From Pseudolabrys sp. (lineage in GTDB: Bacteria > Pseudomonadota > Alphaproteobacteria > Rhizobiales > Xanthobacteraceae), in assembly GCA_030651965.1 (NCBI GenBank), contig JAUSBQ010000370.1:1-50258 (forward strand): 50,258 nt of DNA, written 5' to 3'. Of the stretch, positions 37,006 to 44,950 are shown piece by piece. Both the position numbers and the translations under genes were made by a program. A model generated the notes under the pieces. The model saw only the letters and a program-made list of their open reading frames with translations, made no database searches and was not told where the DNA came from. The number at the start of each line of letters is the position of its first letter. Position 1 is the stretch's first letter.

Positions 37006-37850
37006 GTGCGCGACCCCGCGAAGCCCGTCGGACGCCAGATCAAGATACCCACCATCAGCAAGAACGGCAGAATGGTCGCTGCCCAAGGCAAATAGACCGC
37101 GCCGAAATTGTGAATCTGGCCGATGAGAAGGGCCGCGATAAAGGCGCCTGCGAAACTGCCAAGACCGCCGATGACAACGACGATGAATGAATCGATCAGG
37201 ATGTAATTGCCCATCGTCGGCGACAGCGACAACAAAGGCCCGGCGACGACACCCGACAGACCGGCAAGCGCGGTTCCCAAGCCCACCACGATCAAGCTCA
37301 GGCTGTCCACGTTTATGCCCTGGATCGACGTGATGCGCGGGTCTGTGCTGGCGGCGCGCACATAAAGACCAATGCGCGTGAACCGAAGCCAGGCCGTCAG
37401 CGACAGCGCGATCGCCACCGCGACGGCAATAACGAACAGACGGTAGACCGGGAACGGTTCGCCGAAAATGTCGACGGTGCCGGCCAGCAGTGGCGGCACC
37501 GGATAACGCAAATAGGCCTTGCCCCAAATCGCCGTGACAACCGTTTCAAGAATGAGCATCAGGCCGAAGGTCACCAGTACGGTAACAATGTGATCCTGCT
37601 TGCGCAGCGTCCGGAAGACGGTGGCGTCGAGCGCGCAACCGACAATGGCCATCGCCACCATCGACACGACCAACCCGCCCCACCAGTAGCCGGCCGCTGA
37701 CACCGCGAAGCCGATATAGGCCCCGAGCATAAACAGCGCGCCGTGGGCGAAATTCACCACCTCACGCAAGCCGAAGATCAGCACAAGGCCAACCGCCAGC
37801 AGATAAAGCAGGCCGCCGTACACAATGCCATTCAGAATCTGGATAAACAT
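37002..37850 (-). CDS. ABC permease (LivH-like)
   Basis: GLVLIFG...VNFAHG, VVIGGLGS and RPTG. Confidence 0.92.
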   Translation of the reverse strand: MFIQILNGIVYGGLLYLLAVGLVLIFGLREVVNFAHGALFMLGAYIGFAVSAAGYWWGGLVVSMVAMAIVGCALDATVFRTLRKQDHIVTVLVTFGLMLILETVVTAIWGKAYLRYPVPPLLAGTVDIFGEPFPVYRLFVIAVAVAIALSLTAWLRFTRIGLYVRAASTDPRITSIQGINVDSLSLIVVGLGTALAGLSGVVAGPLLSLSPTMGNYILIDSFIVVVIGGLGSFAGAFIAALLIGQIHNFGAVYLPWAATILPFLLMVGILIWRPTGFAGSRT

Positions 37851-37860
37851 GGTTCGCCCC

Positions 37861-38631
37861 TCATCCTGCCGTAAAGCCGCCATCGACGTAGATGGTTTGG
37901 CCCGTCACGAAACGGGCCGCGGGCGATGCGAGAAACACCAGAACGCCGACAACATCTTCGACTTCGCCGAGCCGGCCGAGCGCGGAGCGCGCGAGCACTT
38001 TTTCGTAGAGCAGCGGCTGGGTGCGGATGAGATCGCGGTTGAGATCGGTGACGATGACGGTGGCCCCGATCGTATTGACCGTGATGCCGAAGGGCCCGAG
38101 CTCGAAGGCAACCGAAGCGCCGAAATTGGCGAGCCCCGCCTTGGTCGCGGAATAGACCGTGCGATTGGCCATACCGCGCCCTGACAGAATAGAGCCCATG
38201 TTGATGATGCTGCCTTTGCGCCGCTCCATCATGGGTTTGGCGAAGATGCGTGTGCACAGATAGGCGCCGGTCAAGTTGACGTCGACAACCTTGCGCCACT
38301 CTTCGACCGACAGGTCCATCAAGGACTTCGGCGACGTGATGCCGGCATTGTTGAAAAGGATATCGACGTGGCCGAACTTGGCCACCACGGCGTCGCACGC
38401 CGCCTGAACGGACGCTTCGTCGGTGACGTCGGCCTCGACCACGAGCGCGCGGCGCCCGGCATCCTCGACCGCGTGAGCCGTCTCTCGCAGTTTGGCGACG
38501 TTGCGTCCGAGGACGGCAATATCCGCGCCGGCCTCGGCCAGGCCGATCGCGGACTCATTGCCGATGCCGCCGCCGGCGCCGGTGACGACCGCGACATTTC
38601 CCTCAAGGCTGAATAGCTTGCTGTTGCTCAT
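37861..38631 (-). CDS. Short-chain dehydrogenase/reductase
   Basis: TGAGGGIG, NNAG and YSATK. Confidence 0.92.
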   Translation of the reverse strand: MSNSKLFSLEGNVAVVTGAGGGIGNESAIGLAEAGADIAVLGRNVAKLRETAHAVEDAGRRALVVEADVTDEASVQAACDAVVAKFGHVDILFNNAGITSPKSLMDLSVEEWRKVVDVNLTGAYLCTRIFAKPMMERRKGSIINMGSILSGRGMANRTVYSATKAGLANFGASVAFELGPFGITVNTIGATVIVTDLNRDLIRTQPLLYEKVLARSALGRLGEVEDVVGVLVFLASPAARFVTGQTIYVDGGFTAG

Positions 38632-38635
38632 AAGG

Positions 38636-39409
38636 TCACATCGCCATCTGGCCGCCGTCCACCGGCAGGGCGACGCCGGTGATCATGCGGGCTTCATCCG
38701 ACACAAGGAAAAGAGCCGCGGCCGCGACGTCTTCGGGCTCCGGCATGCGCGCCAGCGGAATGGTGGCGCGAAATCGATTCATCGCCTCGTCACGGTCGCT
38801 CGCCATGCCGGGCAAGAACGCCTCCAGCATTGGCGTCGCAATCACGGTCGGGCACAGGGCGTTGACGCGAATGTTCTGCGGCGCCAGTTCGAGCGCAAGA
38901 CTGCGCACCAGCCCGACGATGCCGTGCTTGGCGACGGTATAAAGGCTGAAATTCGGCTTCGCCTTGAGGCCCTGGAGCGAGGACGTATACAGCAAAGAAG
39001 CGCCGGCCGGATTGCGCTTGGCGCTGTCGCGCAGGTGCGGCAGCGCGGCGCGCGTCATCTGCAGCACGCCGAACAGGTTGGTGCGCAGAACGCGCTCCAG
39101 CGTCGCGTCGTCCACCGATTCAAATGAGCCGGTAAACGGCCCGCCGGCATTGTTGTGGACGATATCGAGAGCGCCGAAGGTCTTGACCGCGAACGCGACG
39201 GCGGCTTCATCGTCAGCCGTCTTCGTGTGATCGCAAGGGATGAAGGCTGCGTTGCCGCCGATAGATTTGGCAACGGCCTCGCCGCGATCGCCATCGATAT
39301 CGGTGATGATAACGCGGGCGCCTTCCGCCGCGAAGCGGATGGCCACGGCACGGCCGAGCCCCGAGCCGGCGCCGGTAACGAGTGCGACTTTGCCGGCAAG
39401 CCTGCTCAT
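38636..39409 (-). CDS. Short-chain dehydrogenase/reductase
   Basis: TGAGSGLG, NNAG and YTVAK. Confidence 0.92.
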   Translation of the reverse strand: MSRLAGKVALVTGAGSGLGRAVAIRFAAEGARVIITDIDGDRGEAVAKSIGGNAAFIPCDHTKTADDEAAVAFAVKTFGALDIVHNNAGGPFTGSFESVDDATLERVLRTNLFGVLQMTRAALPHLRDSAKRNPAGASLLYTSSLQGLKAKPNFSLYTVAKHGIVGLVRSLALELAPQNIRVNALCPTVIATPMLEAFLPGMASDRDEAMNRFRATIPLARMPEPEDVAAAALFLVSDEARMITGVALPVDGGQMAM

Positions 39410-39600
39410 GGCGCTGACTCGGCGCTATCGACCGGTGTCGCCAGCGCGAGCAACGCCGCGATGCGGCCGCGCAAGAAGCGATACTGGCCCGCCATCAAGG
39501 CATCCTGCGTGCCGCACAGCGTATCGGCGTCGGCGAGCATCCGCGACAATGTCGCGTGGTCGCGGGCGGTCGGATCCGCCACTTCCTTGGCATTCCTCAA
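39406..39600 (-). CDS. Small hypothetical protein (64 aa)
   Basis: Fills the gap between ligase and SDR; TTG start after a GGGAGAG RBS; its stop overlaps the SDR start as ATGA. Confidence 0.6.
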   Translation of the reverse strand: MRNAKEVADPTARDHATLSRMLADADTLCGTQDALMAGQYRFLRGRIAALLALATPVDSAESAP

Positions 39601-39611
39601 ACCACTCTCCC

Positions 39612-41045
39612 CTACAGTCGATAGCCCTGTTGTCGCTCGTCTTTCCAGCGGCGGGCTTTGTAGCTAAATTCCGGCAGTTCACTGCGTTGGCATTGCGTGA
39701 GCACCATCCAAAGATTGGTGCGCTCCTTGATGGTCGCCCGAATGGCCTCGATAATGCGCTCGCGCGCCGCGGGCTCCATTGCCGCTGCGGCGTCCGTCAG
39801 GGCAAGCCGCATTTCGATCTCGGTCTTGCCGTCGGCGCTGGTGTAGACGCGGCCAGCATATTCGGCGACCTCGCCATAGGAGAACACGGCGGCGTCGATG
39901 GCCGACGGCCAGACATTGTTGCCGCGAATTTTCAGCATGTCGTCGAAGCGGCCGACCGTGCCGCATTCGATCGCGTTCCAGGCACGGCCTGCCGCGGTGT
40001 CGCGGTAAGAGATAAAGCGCGCGGAATCTCCGGTGCGGAAGCGAATGACGGGCGAGCCTTCGATCGCCAGATTGGTCACCACCAGTTCGCCGGTTTCGCC
40101 GGACGCGACCGGTTCGAGCGTCGTCGGGTGCAGCACCTCGAACAACGTCTCCCATTCGAACATATGCATCAGCCCGCGCCCGCCGGCGCGGGTTATGGCT
40201 CCGTCGGCGCAGGTCGAAGCGCCGAATCCGGCGCATTGCGTGCTGCCATAACCTTCCTGCAGCCTACAGCCCCACAGCGTCTCGATCCGCTGCGCCCATT
40301 CGATCGGGTAGCCCTCGGCGGCGATGAACAAAGTCCGCAACGTCGGAAATGCCCGCTTCGGCTCGAGGCCGCGCCGCAGCAGCGCTTCCGTCAATGTATG
40401 GAGATAATTGGTCGAGGCGTAGATGAAGTTGACTTCGCCGATCCGTAGCATGAGATCGATCTTGGCGTCGGTCGACAGCGTGCCGCCGACATGGAAGGCG
40501 GTCGCGCCGATGATGCGCAGGCCTTCGCCCGGCCCCCATCCGCCGGTGGTGAGACCGCCCGACGGCACGCAGTTGACGGCGATATCGCCAGGCCGGAGCC
40601 CGGCCAGAAACCAGGGCAGCGCGTGGTAATACCCCTGCATATGAACGTCGCGCTGGCTGCGGCCGTAGATTTCCTGGCCCTGGCCCGACGTGCCGCCGGT
40701 CATGTTCACGAGCGCGACATCGCTTCGAGAAATGCCGAGGCGGTCGCCGAACGGCGCATGCTCGGTCTGGTCGGCGAGAAAGTCCGCCTTGCTCGACAGC
40801 GGGAAGCTCTTGCAAAACGCGTCGAGCGATCCGATCGCGTCAGGCGCAAGACCGGCGGCATTCATACGGCGCCGGTAATATCCGCTGGACACATGCAGGC
40901 GCGCGAGTTGGTGGCGCAGCTTTCGGAGCTGCAACGATTCCAGTTCGCCGCGCGAGAGAGACGCGAGACGCGCCAAGCGCGCGGAGTCCATAAATGGAAT
41001 GTCCGCCGCGTCGCGTCCCACACTTGTTTGCGCGTGCGTACTCAT
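39612..41045 (-). CDS. Phenylacetate-CoA ligase (PaaK)-family acyl-CoA synthetase
   Basis: ESLQLRKLR, TGGTSG P-loop, GYGSTQ, RFRTGD and GRFDDMLKIRGNNV. Confidence 0.88.
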   Translation of the reverse strand: MSTHAQTSVGRDAADIPFMDSARLARLASLSRGELESLQLRKLRHQLARLHVSSGYYRRRMNAAGLAPDAIGSLDAFCKSFPLSSKADFLADQTEHAPFGDRLGISRSDVALVNMTGGTSGQGQEIYGRSQRDVHMQGYYHALPWFLAGLRPGDIAVNCVPSGGLTTGGWGPGEGLRIIGATAFHVGGTLSTDAKIDLMLRIGEVNFIYASTNYLHTLTEALLRRGLEPKRAFPTLRTLFIAAEGYPIEWAQRIETLWGCRLQEGYGSTQCAGFGASTCADGAITRAGGRGLMHMFEWETLFEVLHPTTLEPVASGETGELVVTNLAIEGSPVIRFRTGDSARFISYRDTAAGRAWNAIECGTVGRFDDMLKIRGNNVWPSAIDAAVFSYGEVAEYAGRVYTSADGKTEIEMRLALTDAAAAMEPAARERIIEAIRATIKERTNLWMVLTQCQRSELPEFSYKARRWKDERQQGYRL

Positions 41046-41464
41046 TGCTGCTCTGGAACCGGCTCGAAGAGTGGAAGCGTGATCTCAGGCGTGACCTGCC
41101 GGAAGATGACACGAACGCGCATTCCCGCCGTCACCTTTTCTGGCTCGACGCCAACGATATTGCTCGGAATACGCACGCCCTCGTCGAGCGCGATGAGCGC
41201 CACAACGTAAGGGACATCCGCCGCATAGACATCGCGCGGAACCGGATGACGCACGACGATCCAGCTAAACACGCTGCCGAGGCCTTTGCTGTCGATCCAC
41301 TCGTGTTCGGGTGAGTTGCACTTCGGGCAGTAAAAAGTCGGCGGAAATCGGTGGTGTCCGCACTGCTTGCAGCGCTGCATGCTCAGCTTGCCCTGACGGC
41401 AGGCATCCCAAAACGGTTTGGTTTCGACGTTCTCGGCGGGAAGCGGCTTGTTGTATGGGGTCAT
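41042..41464 (-). CDS. DUF35 Zn-ribbon/OB-fold protein (ChsH2 C-terminal-like)
   Basis: PFWDA, CKQC...CPKC, VPYVVALIALDEG and GMRV. Confidence 0.92.
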   Translation of the reverse strand: MTPYNKPLPAENVETKPFWDACRQGKLSMQRCKQCGHHRFPPTFYCPKCNSPEHEWIDSKGLGSVFSWIVVRHPVPRDVYAADVPYVVALIALDEGVRIPSNIVGVEPEKVTAGMRVRVIFRQVTPEITLPLFEPVPEQQ

Positions 41465-42621
41465 CAGTTCCTCAGCACCATGGCGCTGCCACAGGTCATG
41501 GCGCCGGCCGTTGTCAGGCATGTCTCGATATCGGCGACTTGGCGCGCACCGGCGTCGCCGCGCAACTGCTGCACCGCCTCGATCACGTGATTGAGCCCGT
41601 GGATATAACCTTCCGACAGCAGGCCGCCCGCGGTGTTGAGTGGCAATGCGCCGTCGCGTGCGATGCGTCCGCCCTGAACGAACGGGCCGCCCTCGCCTTC
41701 CTTGCAGAAGCCGAGACCCTCAAGCTGCATCAACACGCTGTAGGTGAAGCAGTCGTAGATTTGGGCGATATCGATATCCGAAGGCCCCATACCGGCGCTG
41801 CGCCAGAGATCGTCGGCGATATATTTGGCGTAATTATGCGATTGGTCGGGCCAGCGAATGGCGTCGAACAGATCCTCGCCCTGATTCGGTCCACCGCCAT
41901 AGGCGCCGCCGGTGATATAAACCGGCTTGCGCTTGAGGTCGCGCGCACGCTCTGCCGACGTCACCAGCACGGCGCAGGCGCCGTCGGTCTCAAGGCAGAT
42001 ATCGAGCATGCGGAACGGCTCAACGATCATGCGTGAATTGCGGTAATCGTCCATCGTAATGGGGTCGCGCTGCATGGCACGCTCATTGTTGACGGCATTG
42101 GATCGGAACGTGACCGCAAGCTCGCCAAGTTGTTCGCTATTCGTGCCGTATTCGATCATGTGGCGCCGGCACCACATGGCCATCGCTTGCGGATAGGTGA
42201 TCCACCCGAACGGCGCAGTGAATTGCGTGATGCCATGCGCGGAGAGATCGCGCCCGCCGCCGAGCCGGAACCCGGAGCGACCATTCATAGCGCGATAACA
42301 CAGAACGGTTTCGGCAAGTCCCGCCTCGATCACAGCGGCTGCCGTCAGCACGATCATGTTCGCCGCATTGCCGCCGCTGAGAAAATCGTTGGCGTAGCGC
42401 GCCGCCGGCACTCCGATTTCCGTCGCCACCGAAATCGCCGGCACTGAATCATTGAAATTGAAGCTGACGAAACCGTCGATGTCAGCGACCTTTAGTCCGG
42501 AATCGTCAATGGCCTTAAGACAGGCTTCCGACGCGAGACTGCGCACGGTTCGGCCCGAATTCTTGGAGAACTCGGTCCAGCCAATGCCGGCGATCGCATA
42601 TTTGTCCCGCAATGCGTACAT
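41464..42621 (-). CDS. Thiolase-fold Ltp2/SCP-x-like protein, probable CoA-thioester retro-aldolase
   Basis: DICLETDGA, AQIYDCFT and NTAGGLLSEGYIHG; no N-terminal catalytic Cys (LSGGNAA). Confidence 0.85.
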   Translation of the reverse strand: MYALRDKYAIAGIGWTEFSKNSGRTVRSLASEACLKAIDDSGLKVADIDGFVSFNFNDSVPAISVATEIGVPAARYANDFLSGGNAANMIVLTAAAVIEAGLAETVLCYRAMNGRSGFRLGGGRDLSAHGITQFTAPFGWITYPQAMAMWCRRHMIEYGTNSEQLGELAVTFRSNAVNNERAMQRDPITMDDYRNSRMIVEPFRMLDICLETDGACAVLVTSAERARDLKRKPVYITGGAYGGGPNQGEDLFDAIRWPDQSHNYAKYIADDLWRSAGMGPSDIDIAQIYDCFTYSVLMQLEGLGFCKEGEGGPFVQGGRIARDGALPLNTAGGLLSEGYIHGLNHVIEAVQQLRGDAGARQVADIETCLTTAGAMTCGSAMVLRN

Positions 42622-42639
42622 AAAGTTCGATTCCTTCGA

Positions 42640-43428
42640 TCAGCGCGAAAAGACGGGCTTACGCTTTTCTTTGAACGCGACCAGACCTTCGGTCGCGTCA
42701 TGTTCAGTGGTGGCGTAACGGAGAACAAATTCTATTTCCTGGCGCAGGCCGCTATCGAGGTCGGCGGTCAGCGTCAGGTTGGCGAGATACTTGGCGCCCC
42801 GCAAACCGACCCGGCTCTTCTCGCCCAGCCGCGTCACGAGAGCCTCGGCGGCAGCAAGAAGCTGGGTATCGGGGACCACCTCGTTGACAAGGCCGATCTG
42901 TTTGGCCTCGGCGGCTGACACAAGATCGCCAGTGAGCATGAGGTGCTTGGCCCGCAAAAGTCCGACAGCGCGCGGCAGCCTTTGCGACCCGCCGGCACCC
43001 GGCAATTGCCCGAAGTTTAGATGTCCATCGCCGATTTTTGCCGACTCTGCAGCTATCGCCAGATCGCAGGCGAGCAAAAGCTCAAGTCCGCCGGCCACGC
43101 AGACGCCGTTGACGGCGGCGAGATAAATCTTCGACGACGCCTCGATGGCTTTGAGTGCCTGCAGGAAGTCATTGAGAAAGGCCGCGAATTTATCGGGGTT
43201 TTGATAGAGGCCGATGTAGCCGTCGAGGTCCCCGCCTGCCGAGAAGCTGCGGCCGCGTCCCGTAATAATGACGGCCATAACCTCCGGCTTCGCCTCGATG
43301 GCGGCCACGGCCGCCTTGAGTTCCCGCACGGTCGCCCAATCAAGCGGGTTCAGCTTGTCCGCGCGCGTAAAAGTCAGCCAGGCGCAGGCGCCTTTCAACT
43401 CAATCTCGATGTTGTGGCCGCTCGCCAT
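42640..43428 (-). CDS. Enoyl-CoA hydratase/isomerase
   Basis: FSAGGDL, AGGLE, GAGGSQRLPR and C-terminal AFKEKRKPVF. Confidence 0.92.
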   Translation of the reverse strand: MASGHNIEIELKGACAWLTFTRADKLNPLDWATVRELKAAVAAIEAKPEVMAVIITGRGRSFSAGGDLDGYIGLYQNPDKFAAFLNDFLQALKAIEASSKIYLAAVNGVCVAGGLELLLACDLAIAAESAKIGDGHLNFGQLPGAGGSQRLPRAVGLLRAKHLMLTGDLVSAAEAKQIGLVNEVVPDTQLLAAAEALVTRLGEKSRVGLRGAKYLANLTLTADLDSGLRQEIEFVLRYATTEHDATEGLVAFKEKRKPVFSR

Positions 43429-43481
43429 CAAAACCCGCGCCTCATCCCTAGACAATCTCGCCAAATAGGCCAACAGTCCGT

Positions 43482-43492
43482 TTGTCGGACAA
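43482..43492. promoter_or_regulatory. TTGTC-G-GACAA palindrome; candidate FadR/GntR operator
   Basis: Palindrome with perfect arms between the divergent crotonase operon and the FadR-type gene. Confidence 0.65.
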
Positions 43493-43590
43493 TTGCAGAT
43501 AGACTATCATTCTGTGAGGGGTCGTCAAGTGAGCGCCGAATCGTGACCCGAAGTGCTAAGGGCAATGTCAGAGTTCTGTGAGGCAGCGAC

Positions 43591-44391
43591 GTGCAGGAAA
43601 ACCACGAATTCAGCCGGATCGAGCGAGCGCCGGCTTACCGTCTCGTCTATGACGCCATCGAGCGGCAGATTCTCGCAGGGCGTTTGCGTGTCGGTGACCC
43701 CCTGCCGGCGGAAATTCAGTTGGCCGACCAGTTCGGGGTGAACCGCTCGACGGTCCGCGAAGGCATCAGGCTACTCGAACAAAGCGGGCTGGTTGAACGC
43801 GACGGCGGCAAACGGCCGCGCATTTCGGTGCCGCATTATCTCGACCTTGCCTCCTCCGCCAGCCGCGCGCTCATTCTTCATTCGGTGACCTTCCGCGAAT
43901 TGTGGGAAGCTTCGATGGTGCTGGAGCCGGCGATCGCGGAGCATGCGGCGCGCCACATCGATCAAAGCGGGCTGGACGAGTTACTCGGCAATCTCACGGC
44001 CATGCAGGCAGAGGTTGTCAGCATCGAGGGTGGCAAGCCGGCGGATGTGCTCGCCTTCGTCGGGCTCGATCGGGAGTTTCACGAAATACTCGCAAAGGTG
44101 GGCGGCAACCGGGTGCTTGCCCTTGCGCATGAACCGGTCACATCGCTTTTCATCCCGACCGGTCAGGTCATCCTGCCGCGGCTCAAGACCTATCGCCGTG
44201 TGCTCGACGCCCACCGCTACATCTTCGATTGCCTGGCAGCCAAAGACCATGCCGGCGCGCGAAGCTGGATGCATAAGCACATGGACGACTTCCGCCGCGC
44301 TTACGAACTGACCGCCTTGTCGCTGGACGCGCCGCTCGACGCCGTCAGTCTCAGCATGTCCGAAGCCACGCCTTCGATGCGAAGCCGCTAA
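43591..44391 (+). CDS. FadR/GntR-family transcriptional regulator
   Basis: LPAEIQLADQFGVNRSTVREGIRLLE; FCD domain (DREFH). Confidence 0.92.
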   Translation: MQENHEFSRIERAPAYRLVYDAIERQILAGRLRVGDPLPAEIQLADQFGVNRSTVREGIRLLEQSGLVERDGGKRPRISVPHYLDLASSASRALILHSVTFRELWEASMVLEPAIAEHAARHIDQSGLDELLGNLTAMQAEVVSIEGGKPADVLAFVGLDREFHEILAKVGGNRVLALAHEPVTSLFIPTGQVILPRLKTYRRVLDAHRYIFDCLAAKDHAGARSWMHKHMDDFRRAYELTALSLDAPLDAVSLSMSEATPSMRSR

Positions 44392-44526
44392 GCGACCTGA
44401 GGCCTCAAGCCATATCGGACTGGGCATCGTTTGGCTGTTCAGCGCGCGCTGCGAACCGATGTTGCGCATCAACTCATGCGCGGGCGCTCACACGGCAATT
44501 GAAATCGCCAACGTCCACTGGCCAAA

Positions 44527-44871
44527 TTAATGCGAAATCATCCAGGGCCGGCTCGTCGGGAAACTCTTGGCGCCGTCCTTGCGGCGCAATGTCTTGCGGG
44601 ACAGGCCCGACTTTCCGGAACAGCAGGAGCAGCCGGAGCCGTGGCTTTTGCCCGTCGCGGCCGATGAAACCGGCGCATGAGCGCTACGCTCATTGGTGGC
44701 GTACGCCACCCGGCGCTCGGCCGACAGGCCGGAGAAGTTCGGCGCCGTCAGATAGGCGCGCGGCGCCTCCTCGCCGCAATGCGGACAGTCGTGGCCGAGA
44801 TCGCTCTCCGCCATCGGCCGCATCTTTGTGAACGGGCCGCATTCGGCGCACATATATTCGTAGGTGGGCAT
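44527..44871 (-). CDS. fmdB: FmdB-family zinc-ribbon regulatory protein
   Basis: MPTYEYMCAECG...CPHCG, HGSGCSCC and FPTSRPWMISH; downstream of formamidase. Confidence 0.9.
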   Translation of the reverse strand: MPTYEYMCAECGPFTKMRPMAESDLGHDCPHCGEEAPRAYLTAPNFSGLSAERRVAYATNERSAHAPVSSAATGKSHGSGCSCCSGKSGLSRKTLRRKDGAKSFPTSRPWMISH

Positions 44872-44895
44872 CGACCGCCTCTTCTCGCTGATCGG

Positions 44896-44937
44896 AAAAA
44901 CCGGATGCGGCATGGCTTTAAGGCCACACCGCATCCG
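44896..44937 (-). terminator. Intrinsic terminator-like hairpin between fmdA and fmdB
   Basis: CGGATGCGG / CCGCATCCG stem with inner TGGC/GCCA pairing, followed by TTTTT on the minus strand. Confidence 0.6.
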
Positions 44938-44950
44938 TACGCACGCGGGG

